In this document: positions 1 to 10,055 of the stretch, one piece after another | How positions within the stretch are numbered: the stretch's first letter is position 1 | Layout of the letters: every line of letters begins with the position of its first letter | Source of the DNA: Antedon mediterranea | Lineage: Eukaryota; Animalia; Echinodermata | Direction: 5' to 3' | Length of the DNA stretch: 16,251 nt | NCBI RefSeq assembly: GCF_964355755.1 | Contig: NC_092678.1 | Location: forward strand, 17,422,914-17,439,164 | Made by a program: the position numbers and the translations under genes | Notes under the pieces: model-generated | What the model was told of the DNA's origin: nothing | The model's database searches: none | What the model saw: the letters and a program-made list of their open reading frames with translations, nothing else

Positions 1-205
1 TACTTTCAAATCTTCACTTTGGGAAAAATATATCAAGTCAAGTCAAGTATCATTTATATTACATATATTATATATAAATCCAAAGGCAAATTACTGAAAA
101 AAATGACAATGCTGTGGGTATCAGTGGCTGGATCTCAATGGAGATACAAAAATAAAAAGCGAAAAGCTAAATCAAAACGATAAAGTAAACAATACAGCCT
201 TGTAT

Positions 206-300
206 TGCGAGCGCACAAGTTAAAGTACCTAGGCCAGCAATAAATATCATGACGAATTTATAAATTGAATTATTGTTGTAGTACTTTAATAAAACATTTT
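206..300 (+). repeat. ~95-bp dispersed direct repeat, copy 1 (copy 2 at 2576-2672)
   Basis: tgcgagcgcacaagttaaagtacctaggccagcaataaatatcatgacgaatttataaattgaattattgttgtagtac matches 2576 onward with only a few substitutions (offset 2370). Confidence 0.9.
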
Positions 301-327
301 TTATATTTCTTATATTTTTACATATAT

Positions 328-392
328 TATATATATATATATATATATATAATATTTTATATTATTATTTATATTATATATACCTAACTTGT

Positions 393-462
<70 letters not shown>

Positions 463-497
463 TTATATTATTATTTATATAATATATACCTAACTTT
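328..497. repeat. Compound (TA)n microsatellite with duplicated flank
   Basis: Two (TA)n runs (~328-351 and ~396-458), each followed by a near-identical aatattttatattattatttata..tatatacctaactt segment. Confidence 0.95.
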
Positions 498-788
498 TTC
501 TTACCTTCATCCGCCTTTTTCTTTTTAATTTTCATATGTGTTACTATGTTGTATTCACTGAACCACCACTTTGTAAATCAGTAAATTTGAATTGAAAGTA
601 TATTTCAGTTTAAAGAAAGAACAAATAAATAAATGTCAAATATCAATCATCAGGACATAAGGACATAATATATACAAAAAAAAATATTAGAATATAAAAT
701 AAATAAATCCAAATAATAATGGTACAGTTTCGACTCTTTAACACATAATGATATTATTATTAATAAAGCGTATTATTACTATTATTAG

Positions 789-1343
789 AATTGAATGATG
801 ACGATTACATTGAACTGCTCACCGATGTGTCTACTTGGTGGAAGAAACGTGGAAACATTCACATGCTGAGAGTGTTACTTAGCGAGTTCACGAATCGTGA
901 TACAACCATTACTTTGAAAAAAATAGAGAGTGAAAGTACACCATATCATCTGCTTGGTCTACTTGAGGGTCCTGGACTTCTCAAACCGGCAGACATTGGT
1001 ATCCTCATTGAAGCTACTAATATATGCGGACTTCAGGGAGTTCAAGACGTGATTGCAAAAATTGTAAAATTACCGAACTTCAAATGCATTCCATTCAAAC
1101 ATTTTTCTGAGCATCGAAGAAAATTGATAGCGTTTGGTCAGCAATTGAATACAGAGAACATGGTAACTATTGGCCGCCTTAAAGGCATTAAGCAGGTCAA
1201 CAAAGACACAGATCCGTTTTGGTTAATCTTGAAACTGGAAATGAAAGGCACACTTGCAGAAGGAGAAAAGATGGAGAAATTCATTACACTGCTTACAGAT
1301 AGAAAGATGACGAAAGAAGTGGATGCATTGACAACACTAAAAG
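789..1343 (+). CDS. Internal exon encoding two tandem death-effector-domain (DED)-like domains
   Basis: Acceptor ttattag| at 788, donor aaag|gtgaaa at 1343/1344; 555 nt, phase 1-1, open throughout. Translation has two DED-like helical units: YIELLTDVS...TPYHLLGLLEGPGLLKPADIGILIE and FSEHRRKLIAFGQQL...DPFWLILKLEMKGTL...MEKFITLL, resembling the caspase-8/cFLIP prodomain pattern. The track's TTG start and last ~34 aa are probably not real. Confidence 0.72.
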
Positions 1344-1504
1344 GTGAAACAAAGCAGTATAAGCCCATTCATAAATTCAGCAGAAATGTGTTTGTAGTAG
1401 AATGGTTTGAGGGAATTGAAAACAATTATGATAAAAGGTTATTATGATGTTATATTTATCAGCATGGATATTGTAACTACTGTACTAAAATACTTTCTTT
1501 ATAG

Positions 1505-1549
1505 GTGAACAATCAAGAAGTGAAGCTGGACCATCAAGTAATACAGAAA
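1505..1549 (+). CDS. 45-nt phase 1-1 mini-exon (linker GEQSRSEAGPSSNTE) of the DED-like gene
   Basis: ctttctttatag| acceptor and |gtatgt donor; reads in frame after the 789-1343 exon. Confidence 0.7.
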
Positions 1550-2150
1550 GTATGTTTTTTATTTTTTTTTTCACTTTAACAAAAGGTGAAAATTGTGTTA
1601 CAAATTCACTTTGAGTATTGTACTTATTTAATAGCATTTGTATACGTTTTATCGATCTAATAGGGTCACAAACTGAATTTTATGTAAAAATAAATACTAT
1701 ATTGGCCTATAATGTTTTTGTCTTTAAACGGTATAGATGAGAAAAATAAGTTGTTTCTAATAATTTAAGTGGCCTGCCATGCATACCAGCATGTATCGCA
1801 TGCAAATTTATATTTTTGAACCTAATCTATAATTGTAAAGCATTTTACTGTATAGCAGTCAAATAATTATGTTTGGAACTGAAGTTTAATGAGGTGCAGT
1901 TAAGATATATGTTCTGATGTGGTATTTTAGTGAATGATTTCAATGCCATTTTGCAAATTGTATTACAGTTTGGTTCTATAAAGTTACCAAAAAGTAACAA
2001 AAAAATTGAAAAATATATAAAATAACAAGTTAAATCTTAATATTTTATGTTGTTGATTAGTTCTCTTTAGAAGTTTAAATAAAATGTTATAGTAATAGTA
2101 TTCATCATCATGGATATTTTAATTACTTTTCTAAAATACTTTTTTTATAG

Positions 2151-2195
2151 GTAAATGATCAAGAAGTGAAGCTGGACCATCAAGCAATGCAGAAA
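2151..2195 (+). pseudogene. Duplicated 45-nt mini-exon with in-frame TGA
   Basis: Close copy of 1505-1549 including ~45 nt of upstream intron and both splice sites; CAA is replaced by TGA at 2156-2158 in the phase-1 frame. Confidence 0.7.
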
Positions 2196-2384
2196 GTATG
2201 TTTTATTTCAATAGAGTTAGAGTCCTAATATTCTACTTATTTAGACTTTTATTGCAGAATTGTGTAATTTCTTGTTTACATTAATATTTTTTAATTGTGA
2301 GTTGCAGTTCTTATTTGATAGTATTGAGGCATTTTCTAGACTATTTACAGTATGGTATATATGTAATTCATGGGCGAAAATACC

Positions 2385-2527
2385 AGGAGTGGATTGCAGT
2401 AAGGTCTTAAGCCTGGTCTTAGACTTAAGCCCAAGATGAAACCCTTAGCAACGATGGTCTTAGATTAAAAATAATTGCAATATGAAGTCTAAGCCTAAGA
2501 CTATCAACGATATGATCTTAGATTCTG
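2385..2527. mobile_element. Possible end fragment of a PIF/Harbinger-like MITE
   Basis: ggagtggattgcagtaagg followed by repeated gtcttag/ctaagac motifs in both orientations; no partner TIR found. Confidence 0.3.
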
Positions 2528-2575
2528 TGCCTCCATGCGTGCCTAGCGGCGCGATGCGAGCATGCAGCCGCACGA

Positions 2576-2672
2576 TGCGAGCGCACAGGTTAAAGTACCT
2601 AGGCCAGCAATAAATATCATGGCGAATTTATAAATTGAATTATTGTTATAGTAATTTAATAAAAAACAATTT
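2576..2672 (+). repeat. ~95-bp dispersed direct repeat, copy 2 (copy 1 at 206-300)
   Basis: Direct alignment by eye with 206-300. Confidence 0.9.
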
Positions 2673-2759
2673 TTCTATTTCTTTTATTTTTCAAATTTAT
2701 CATAGATTTATATATATATATAACCAAAAACATAGAAATTTGTATTTACTTTGTTGTAG

Positions 2760-2939
2760 AATTATCAGCCAGCAACAACAACAGTATCTGAATGGTGTGA
2801 TGAACATTCCCAAAGAAATCTAAACAAAATGTAAATGGCAATCGGCGAGCAGGAAGACAAGATGAAAGAATTCATTAAGAAACTTGATGAAAAGAAAATA
2901 ATTAATGAAGTTAATGAATTGACGAGTTTAGATAATTGA
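2760..2939 (+). pseudogene. Internally deleted, frameshifted paralogue of the tandem-DED exon
   Basis: Acceptor ttgttgtag|aatta (cf. tattag|aattg at 789). Retains TTVSEWCDEH (cf. TDVSTWWKKR) and, from 2835, MAIGEQEDKMKEFIKKLDEKKIINEVNELTSLDN* (cf. GTLAEGEKMEKFITLLTDRKMTKEVDALTTLK). The middle is missing and stops occur. Confidence 0.65.
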
Positions 2940-3097
2940 TATTTCCATTCCAATTTTTTACTACTCCACTCCCAAAGACTTTTAATAAGACTTTGTGTAT
3001 GTAAAGCATCATGTGTACATGATTGTCTTATGAAACTTTGAGGGTCCCTAATGATCAGCAATTGCTAGACGGATCATCATCATTAAATATGGTTAAA

Positions 3098-3293
3098 AAG
3101 TGGCATAACGGCTATGAGCGCTCACTGGCTAAACCCAGGGGCCCCAGAGCTTATGGGGCTCCTTAACAGTGCCTTGGGGGAAAACGGGCATTCAAATATG
3201 TCGAAAAAGGCTAAAAATGTCTAAGGCCTACAGCGTTGGAGGGCCACTTATGTTTCCTAAACCAGGGACCTTCTGCGTTATGCTTTGCTACTG
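3098..3293. mobile_element. Degenerate MITE-like element (CAGTGGCGTA-type ends, ggggcccc core)
   Basis: GC-richer island from aagtggcataac to gctttgctactg with internal ggggcccc and gggcc motifs; ends are imperfect and no TSD is visible. Confidence 0.3.
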
Positions 3294-3504
3294 CTTGCCA
3301 GGCTTTGCTATTGCTTACATGGAGAGCCTCTCTCTCTGAACAGAAGTTTAACATACATAACCATATCAATGCCCCCACCCCCACCCGATAATGGTATAGT
3401 CCATCCAACATCGCACACTAATGAGACATACCTACATCAGATTGTCTTCATTTGTTTTAACACTGTTTTGTGTGTACGTCAACAAGAAACGAACTGAAAA
3501 AGTG

Positions 3505-4253
3505 GAAAACACAAAGATAACGAAGCGAAGTGTCATACTCTTTTATCACACTAGTGAAATATGTGAATTTGTACAGGCTTTGCTATCAGTGATTCGTTGA
3601 AAATCGATATTTTAGGGTGTTCCCTAAAATAGAAAATAAGAGATACGTTTTAAACCGCTATTCTAGGTTAGGAGAAGACTAACTAGAATAGAAACCGATA
3701 CATTCTAAGAATTCCTAAGTTAAACTACTAAGAAAACAAAGATAATAAAGCTAAGTGTCGTACTCTGTTATCACGCTAGTGAAATACGTGAATTAGTACA
3801 GACTTTGCTATCAGTGATTCATTGAAAATCGATATTTTAGGTTGTTCCCTAAATAGAAAGAAAGAGATACGTCTCAATCCGTTATTCTAGGCTAGAAAAA
3901 GATTAGAATAGAAACCGATACGTTTCTAAAACTCCTGAGTGGAACTACTAAGAAAACAAATACAACAAAGCGTCAAACTCTGTTATCACGCTAGTGAAAC
4001 ACGGGAATTAGTATAGGCTTTGCTATCAGTGATTCGTTGAAAATCGATATTCTAGGATGTTCCCTGAAATATAAAATAAAATATACGTTTCAAGCCGTTA
4101 TTCTAGGCTAGAAGACGACTAACTAGAATAGAAACCGATACGTTCTTAGAATTTCTAAGTGGAAATACTAAGAAAACAAAGATAACAAAGCTAAGTTTCG
4201 TACTCTGTTATCACGCTAGTGAAATACGTGAATTAGTACAGGCTTTGCGATCA
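3505..4253. repeat. Tandem repeat, ~220-227-bp unit, ~3.4 copies
   Basis: Units start at ~3505, 3732, 3952, 4172 (gaaaacaaagataa...tcacgctagtgaaatacgtgaattagtacaggctttgctatcagtgattcgttgaaaatcgatatt...). Confidence 0.93.
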
Positions 4254-4984
4254 AGGATTTGTGGTTTCGTGAATATGCTGGATCAACTTCAGTATTGAAT
4301 TATCTTATGGCGGGATCTGTCCACTTATTTGTATAAAGTTATTTATAAGGAAAGTTGGCTCTGTTTTTTTTATAAAGAGAGCCAGTTGAAATATAATGCC
4401 CTATCATTGGGGGGAGGGGTGGTGGTGTGGTATTTTTTAGAATTGGTTCAACCATTGGTATGTGATTATTTTGTGAGAAAACATCGCTGAATCATTTATA
4501 TTTAGTTATAATAAGGCAAATTGCGTATTATAGATTACATTATGAATCAAACATTTACACTCTACTGATTGGTTGAAAGTTTCACATGATTAAATATATT
4601 TGAGATTATTGTTTAACAAATAGTAAATACTATTATATAAATGAAGTCATATGACTACTAATGCACATTCAGCTTTTTTTTGTAATTGAAAACCAACCAG
4701 TAGAGTGCGCCATTTGTTTTGCTTAGCTGCAAAAATCCGAGCACCACATTCTTTACACAGCAAAATTCTGATTCTTGTTTTAAGAAAAAAAAAACTTGTT
4801 TCAAGCAAAATATTTCTTGAAACAAGTAAATTTTGACTTGTCCGTATTTCAATACTTTTTGGCTTACCAAGAATCGTAAAATTCTTAACAAGAATCACAC
4901 AAATTCTTATCAAGAAAATTATTCTTACCAAGAAATAATACTTTAAGAACAATATTCTTACCAAGAATTTAATTGCTTTTTTCA

Positions 4985-6227
4985 TTCTTGTTTTAAGCAG
5001 TATCTGCCTTAAAATAAGTAACAATTTATCGATTTTTTAAAATAGAATTCTTGTTTCAAGCAATATTTTTCTTAAAATAAGTAAGAATATTCCGATTTAT
5101 ATTTTTAGTTTTCTTGTTTCAAGCAATATATTTCTTAAAATAAGTAAGAATATTCCGATTTGTATTTTATAGAATTCTTGTTTCAAGCAATATATTTCTT
5201 AAAATAAGTAAGAATATTCCGATTTGTATTTTTTTGAATTCTTGTTTCAAGCAAGATATTTCTTAAAATAAGTAAGAATATTCCGATTTGTATTTTATAG
5301 AATTCTTGTTTCAAGCAATATATTTCTTAAAATAAGTAAGAATATTCCGATTTGTATTTTTTTTAATTCTTGTTTCAAGCAAGATATTTCTTAAAATAAG
5401 TAAGAATATTCCGATTTGTATTTTTTGAATTCTTGTTTCAAGCAATATTTTTCTTAAAATAAGTAAGAATATTCCGATTTGTATTTTTTGAATTCTTGTT
5501 TCAAGCAATTTTTTTCTTAAAATAAGTAAGAATATTCCGATTTGTATTTTTTGAATTCTTGTTTCAAGCAAAATATTTCTTAAAATAAGTAAGAATATTC
5601 CGATTTTTATTTGTAGAATTCTTGTTTCAAGCAATATTTTTCTTAAAATAAGTAAGAATATTCCGATTTGTATTTTTTAGAATTCTTGTTTTAAGCAATA
5701 TTTTTCTTAAAATAAGTAAGAATATTCCGATTTTTAATTTTAATATTCTTGTTTCAAGCAATATATTTCTTAAAATAAGTAAGAATATTCCGATTTGTAT
5801 TTTTTGAATTCTTGTTTCAAGCAATATTTTTCTTAAAATAAGTAAGAATATTCCGATTTGTATTTTTTGAATTCTTGTTTCAAGCAATATTTTTCTTAAA
5901 ATAAGTAAGAATATTCCGATTTGTATTTTTTGAATTCTTGTTTCAAGCAATATATTTCTTAAAATAAGTAAGAATATTCCGATTTTTATTTGTAGAATTC
6001 TTGTTTCAAGCAATATTTTTCTTAAAATAAGTAAGAATATTCCGGTTTGTATTTTTTAGAATTCTTGTTTTAAGCAATATTTTTCTTAAAATAAGTAAGA
6101 ATATTCCGATTTATATTTTTAGTTTTCTTGTTTCAAGCAATATATTTCTTAAAATAAGTAAGAATATTCCGATTTTTATTTGTAGAATTCTTGTTTCAAG
6201 CAAAACTTTTTTTAAAATAAGTAAACA
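4985..6227. repeat. Left subterminal tandem array, ~63-bp unit, ~20 copies
   Basis: Unit ttcttgtttcaagcaatatatttcttaaaataagtaagaatattccgatttgtattttttgaa; explains the 21-aa repeat ORFs in the track. Confidence 0.97.
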
Positions 6228-6254
6228 AGAAGTCTATCAAATAAAAACCAGTAA

Positions 6255-6445
6255 ATGTTTACTTATTTTAAGAAAAGTATTGCTTGAAACAAGAATTCTA
6301 TCAAATTAAAATTCGTAAATTCTTACTTATATTGGGAAAAAAATTGCTTGAAACAAGAATTCTAAATCACTAAAAATTTATTTTAAGAACGATAAATGAA
6401 TACTCATTTTAAGTAATATTTTACTTAAACAAATAAATTCAAGAA
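6255..6445. repeat. Inverted, diverged copies of the 63-bp unit (2-3 copies)
   Basis: ttacttattttaagaaaagtattgcttgaaacaagaattcta is the near reverse complement of the array unit; it recurs at ~6323-6364. Confidence 0.88.
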
Positions 6446-6651
6446 TGTTATAAAACATAATATTAACAATACTGCTATTTTCATTAAGAACTACAATTTA
6501 CATGACATTAGGTACAATAATATATACAACTTCTTTAAAACAAACTTGTTTTTATTAATAATAAAATGCCATCAAAAGAAAACTTAAAAACATTAAAATG
6601 GTAAAATACAAATTTCGTAAAATTCTTCTCCCGCACCTGGGCTTTAAACTA

Positions 6652-8724
6652 TTAGGTGTCTTTAAATTTATTAATGTATACTAATGATGATTCAACAGCC
6701 TTTGTCAAGTGTACAGGTGTGTTTTCATCACAAATCACTAACTGTTAAAGGATAGTGAGGCCTACTTCTTTTCATTTTGGATAATCGAAATCCAGAAGGT
6801 AAAAAGTGGAGAGGAGAGTAACTAGAGCCTCATCTAATTTTGCTTTCTTTGTAGTTAGAATTGTTTGCTAAACTTTAATGTAGGCCATTTCTGTGTCCAA
6901 AAGCAATACCGGCATATTACCTGATCGGCGTGAAGACCAGGATTCTGGATCTTTATTCATGTTCCTAAAAATGAAAAGAGATTAATATAGTTTTAGTTAT
7001 TACTGTATTTAAAATATGTGTAACATCATCAACTAATTGGGTACGGTGTGGTTTTAGAGTCCTATATCTGGGGCGGTAAACACAAAAACATGACGCAATA
7101 TTAGAACGGTGGTAAGAATAATTTTACATTATAAGACATAAGGGTGGGTGGAATATGCATTTGAACTTTTTAATCACAAACTTTGCCCTGTTTATACCGA
7201 TCCCAAAGACAGGCCTGGCTGTATCTATTATTTTTAGTTAAATTATTAGGGTCTAAATTTATTTTTAATATTACTATTTAGGCAAAACGGTGCTCAATCC
7301 TGATTGATGTTTTTATTCTGTATCAATGTTTATAATAACAATCATACAATTAAATGTAAATTTTGTTTAATTGTTTGATTTTAATAAATTATTGTAAACA
7401 TAGTATATACCTCGAATTTTAAGCTAAGATAAATTTGATTTTAAAAAAACACTTTAAGATAATAATGTTACTTGTATTTTAAATTTTAAAAAACACTAAA
7501 TACCTTCAAGGTCGGCAGACTTTTTTTGATGAGTTTTTCCCAACAAATATGTTTGACAGATTTGACAACATATGGGTTATCTTTGAACCTAACCAAAAAT
7601 AACAAATTGAAAACATTATATTATATAAATTTATTTAAATGAGTGGAATAATGTATGGACATAAACTTGATATACTGTAGCTCAAATTTTTAATAATGTA
7701 GCCTACAGTTTTGTAGGTGGTCAATGTAAAAGGAAGGGGAAAGGGTGGGCTGGCCAGGAGATCATTAATATGTCAAAAATTAATATTCATAAGTCATTTA
7801 TTTAATTTTAGTTGTCAAAGGGAGGAGTGCATGACACTAGCTTGAGTCGAACCAAGCTGTTAAAAATACGTACACAATATGTACACGTATTTTCCTCACT
7901 ACCATTGGTCCATTATAAAAATATTTATGAATAGATAAAAGTACAAAAACATACACTGTACTTACCAGATGGAGGACTGGTGTTTCTCTTTAAAATACCA
8001 AAATAAACTATATTATTCTCTTCTTTGGAAAAATTTGCTAAGCACTTTTTTAAAAAGCTTTCTTTTGTATTTCATTCCTCTTTGCCTAGTAATAATTAGT
8101 ATCCTTCGAACTTCTTCAATTACCTAACAAATAATTTAAGATAAAAAAAGAAATTTAATATAACAATTTTAGTTATGCAGTACGTATGTTTTTTGTTTGT
8201 TTTTTTAGTATGTTTTTTTTAAAAATTTAGAGTTAAAAACATTAAGTTTCAATATCGATGTGATCACTTCGGGGATTACTTAGTGTGTACAATTAATTAA
8301 ATATAAAGAAGTGTTTTTAAATGTCATTATATTTCTCATTGGAATATGTGTATATAATATAATCCTTCGTAGATATTTCATGGCTACATTGCAAAATATT
8401 ACTGTTACATTATAATTGTATTATCTATTATTAGGCCTTCCTTATACCTAGCTGAAATAGGTCCGACAATATTTGTCCCCTCTGTCAATGTCTGAACTAA
8501 AATGCTAAGCTAAACCTATACACCTGTCCGTCAGTACAGGCATAGTAGGCTAGCCTAGACCTACTAGTTCCAGGCCTACAGTATTACTAAATAGGAAGGA
8601 GCCTAGGCTAGGCCTAGACTGCTGGTAGATTAAAATATAATTATTAGGCCTACGAACCTGTTAAAATGTTGGCCACTTCTTCATCTATTTCTCGGATCTT
8701 CAACAAAGCGTCTTCCTTCGACAT
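6652..8724 (-). pseudogene. Spliced SAMD3-like accessory ORF of the EnSpm-like element, disrupted
   Basis: AG/GT-bounded minus-strand segments: 8724-8658 (MSKEDALLKIREIDEEVANILT, tentative), 8123-7966 (VIEEVRRIL...KCLANFSKEENNIVYFGILK), 7588-7504, 6964-6652 (...LDEALVTLLSTFYLLDFDYPK*KEVGLTIL*QLVI...). The FYxxDxxYP..LxxLQ pattern resembles the C-terminus of SAMD3-like proteins. Several stops and frameshifts. Confidence 0.7.
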
Positions 8725-9068
8725 TATATTAGACTAATCTTACTAGGCCTATTGAAGCATTTAATATATAAATTGCGATGAAAGGTGTCTTTTACAGTAC
8801 TTACAAACTCTAGATTTTGAATGATTACTTTAAAAAACCGTTGGCCATGATCCCGCCGGGAGCTAGGTCATCGACCACACACAGTGTTGTTTTTCAACTA
8901 TTATCGCTGGCCTTTTACCCAGAATGTATAAGGTCATTATACTGCTTAACGTTAAAGCATGGAGGTATAAACCTCCATGGTGGTTAAAGCAAATCTATAA
9001 AACGTCTGGACCAACAGTAATACGACAGACAATAATAATGACACATGTTTGTTGCAGTCCGAAAAAAA

Positions 9069-10055
9069 GCGATAAGTTGGTGCCAGTAAACTGAAGTAGG
9101 TACAGTATTTGCTACCCTATTTGCTAAGGCATTATAATTCAATTCATGGAAATACTCCGAATTTTCGAGTAACATGTGGAATTGGTGGTTCGCTGCCCGG
9201 CAAGCTTTGGAATTTACAATTCGTTTTACAAGAATGTCATAAGACGCCATTTTAAGGACGAGTATAACAATCGGCAACCTCCTGCAGTTGACGATGGAAA
9301 CATCAGTATATAAGTATGCCTGGAGAAAACGAGGATGCCAATTGAGGATGAAGTAGAACTAGGCCTAGACTAGGCGACTGACGAAGTTAATGAAGAAAAA
9401 AACTATTATAACGGGGATGATTTATCAACTGACGATAGTAGTAGTGATAATTCTAGTATTGTTATACTGTTAATGATTGTTTAATATTAATTATCTTGTT
9501 GATGCTCAGCAAGAAGGCCTACTAACTAGAGGATGAACAAGCAGATAATAGTATAAAAAATGCTGATTTCTTTCTACTAAAATTAAAGGAGAGAAACAAG
9601 ATTCCACAGGTAAGCCATTTTGCTTTAAAATTACAACAATTATGCATTTTAAACTATTTTTTATTAGAGAAATACGTCTATTTCCTAGGCCTTGCTGGTA
9701 CTGTTATTATACAGGACTATTAGCTATAGTAACTATAGGACTTGGGTACTAGGCCTAGGCCTAGGCATTATACACTCTAAGTTTATGTTGCATTTTTTTG
9801 TGACCAATTTCATTGTTACAAATAACATTTTTTTTGTTAGGCTGCATAGCTCCCCAACTAAAGCACAACTTAGTTTTTAAACATATTAAAACTTGAATAT
9901 AAAAAATATTAAATCAATATTATTTTCTTTAGGTTGCAGTGCAATCGATTATTCAAAGCACAAACAGTTTGATTACCCAGATTCTTTCATCAGTTGAAAC
10001 TGAAGTGCTAACTGCTCTACCGTTGTGTGAATATAAGGATGACAATCTATTTTAA
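9069..10055 (+). pseudogene. 5' portion of an EnSpm-type transposase (C2H2 zinc-finger region plus helical motif), truncated
   Basis: 9121-9250 LLRHYNSIHGNTPNFRVTCGIGG/CPASFGIYNSFYKNVIRRH (one frameshift); acidic linker; NADFFLLKLKERNKIPQ|gtaag at 9609 spliced in phase 0 to 9933 VAVQSIIQSTNSLITQILSSVE...; runs into the right array at ~10048. No catalytic region is seen. Confidence 0.72.

Noticed and set aside
1138-1368. Antisense 76-aa ORF
   Set aside because: Shadow of the DED exon with no recognisable motif.
1344-1447. C-terminal extension of ORF 791-1447 as a single-exon gene
   Set aside because: The TTG start sits just after an AG acceptor and a GT donor at 1344 links in frame to the next exon, so this is probably intron read-through.
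4756-4790. RSS/Transib-like end (CACAG start)
   Set aside because: No CACAGTG heptamer, no 5-bp TSD, and the internal peptides do not resemble RAG1/Transib.
4647-6013. Minus-strand ORFs 4647-5024, 4658-4891, 5311-5634 and 5627-6013 as proteins
   Set aside because: They are translations of the terminus and the 63-bp array; frames break wherever unit length changes.
4985-6227. CRISPR-like array
   Set aside because: Units are contiguous near-identical repeats with no unique spacers, no cas genes, and the context is eukaryotic.
8440-8500. Possible extra minus-strand exon of the SAMD3-like gene
   Set aside because: AG/GT sites exist but neither frame nor homology could be established by eye.
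8984-9277. Minus-strand 97-aa ORF
   Set aside because: Antisense to the zinc-finger region, whose plus-strand reading has the recognisable motifs.
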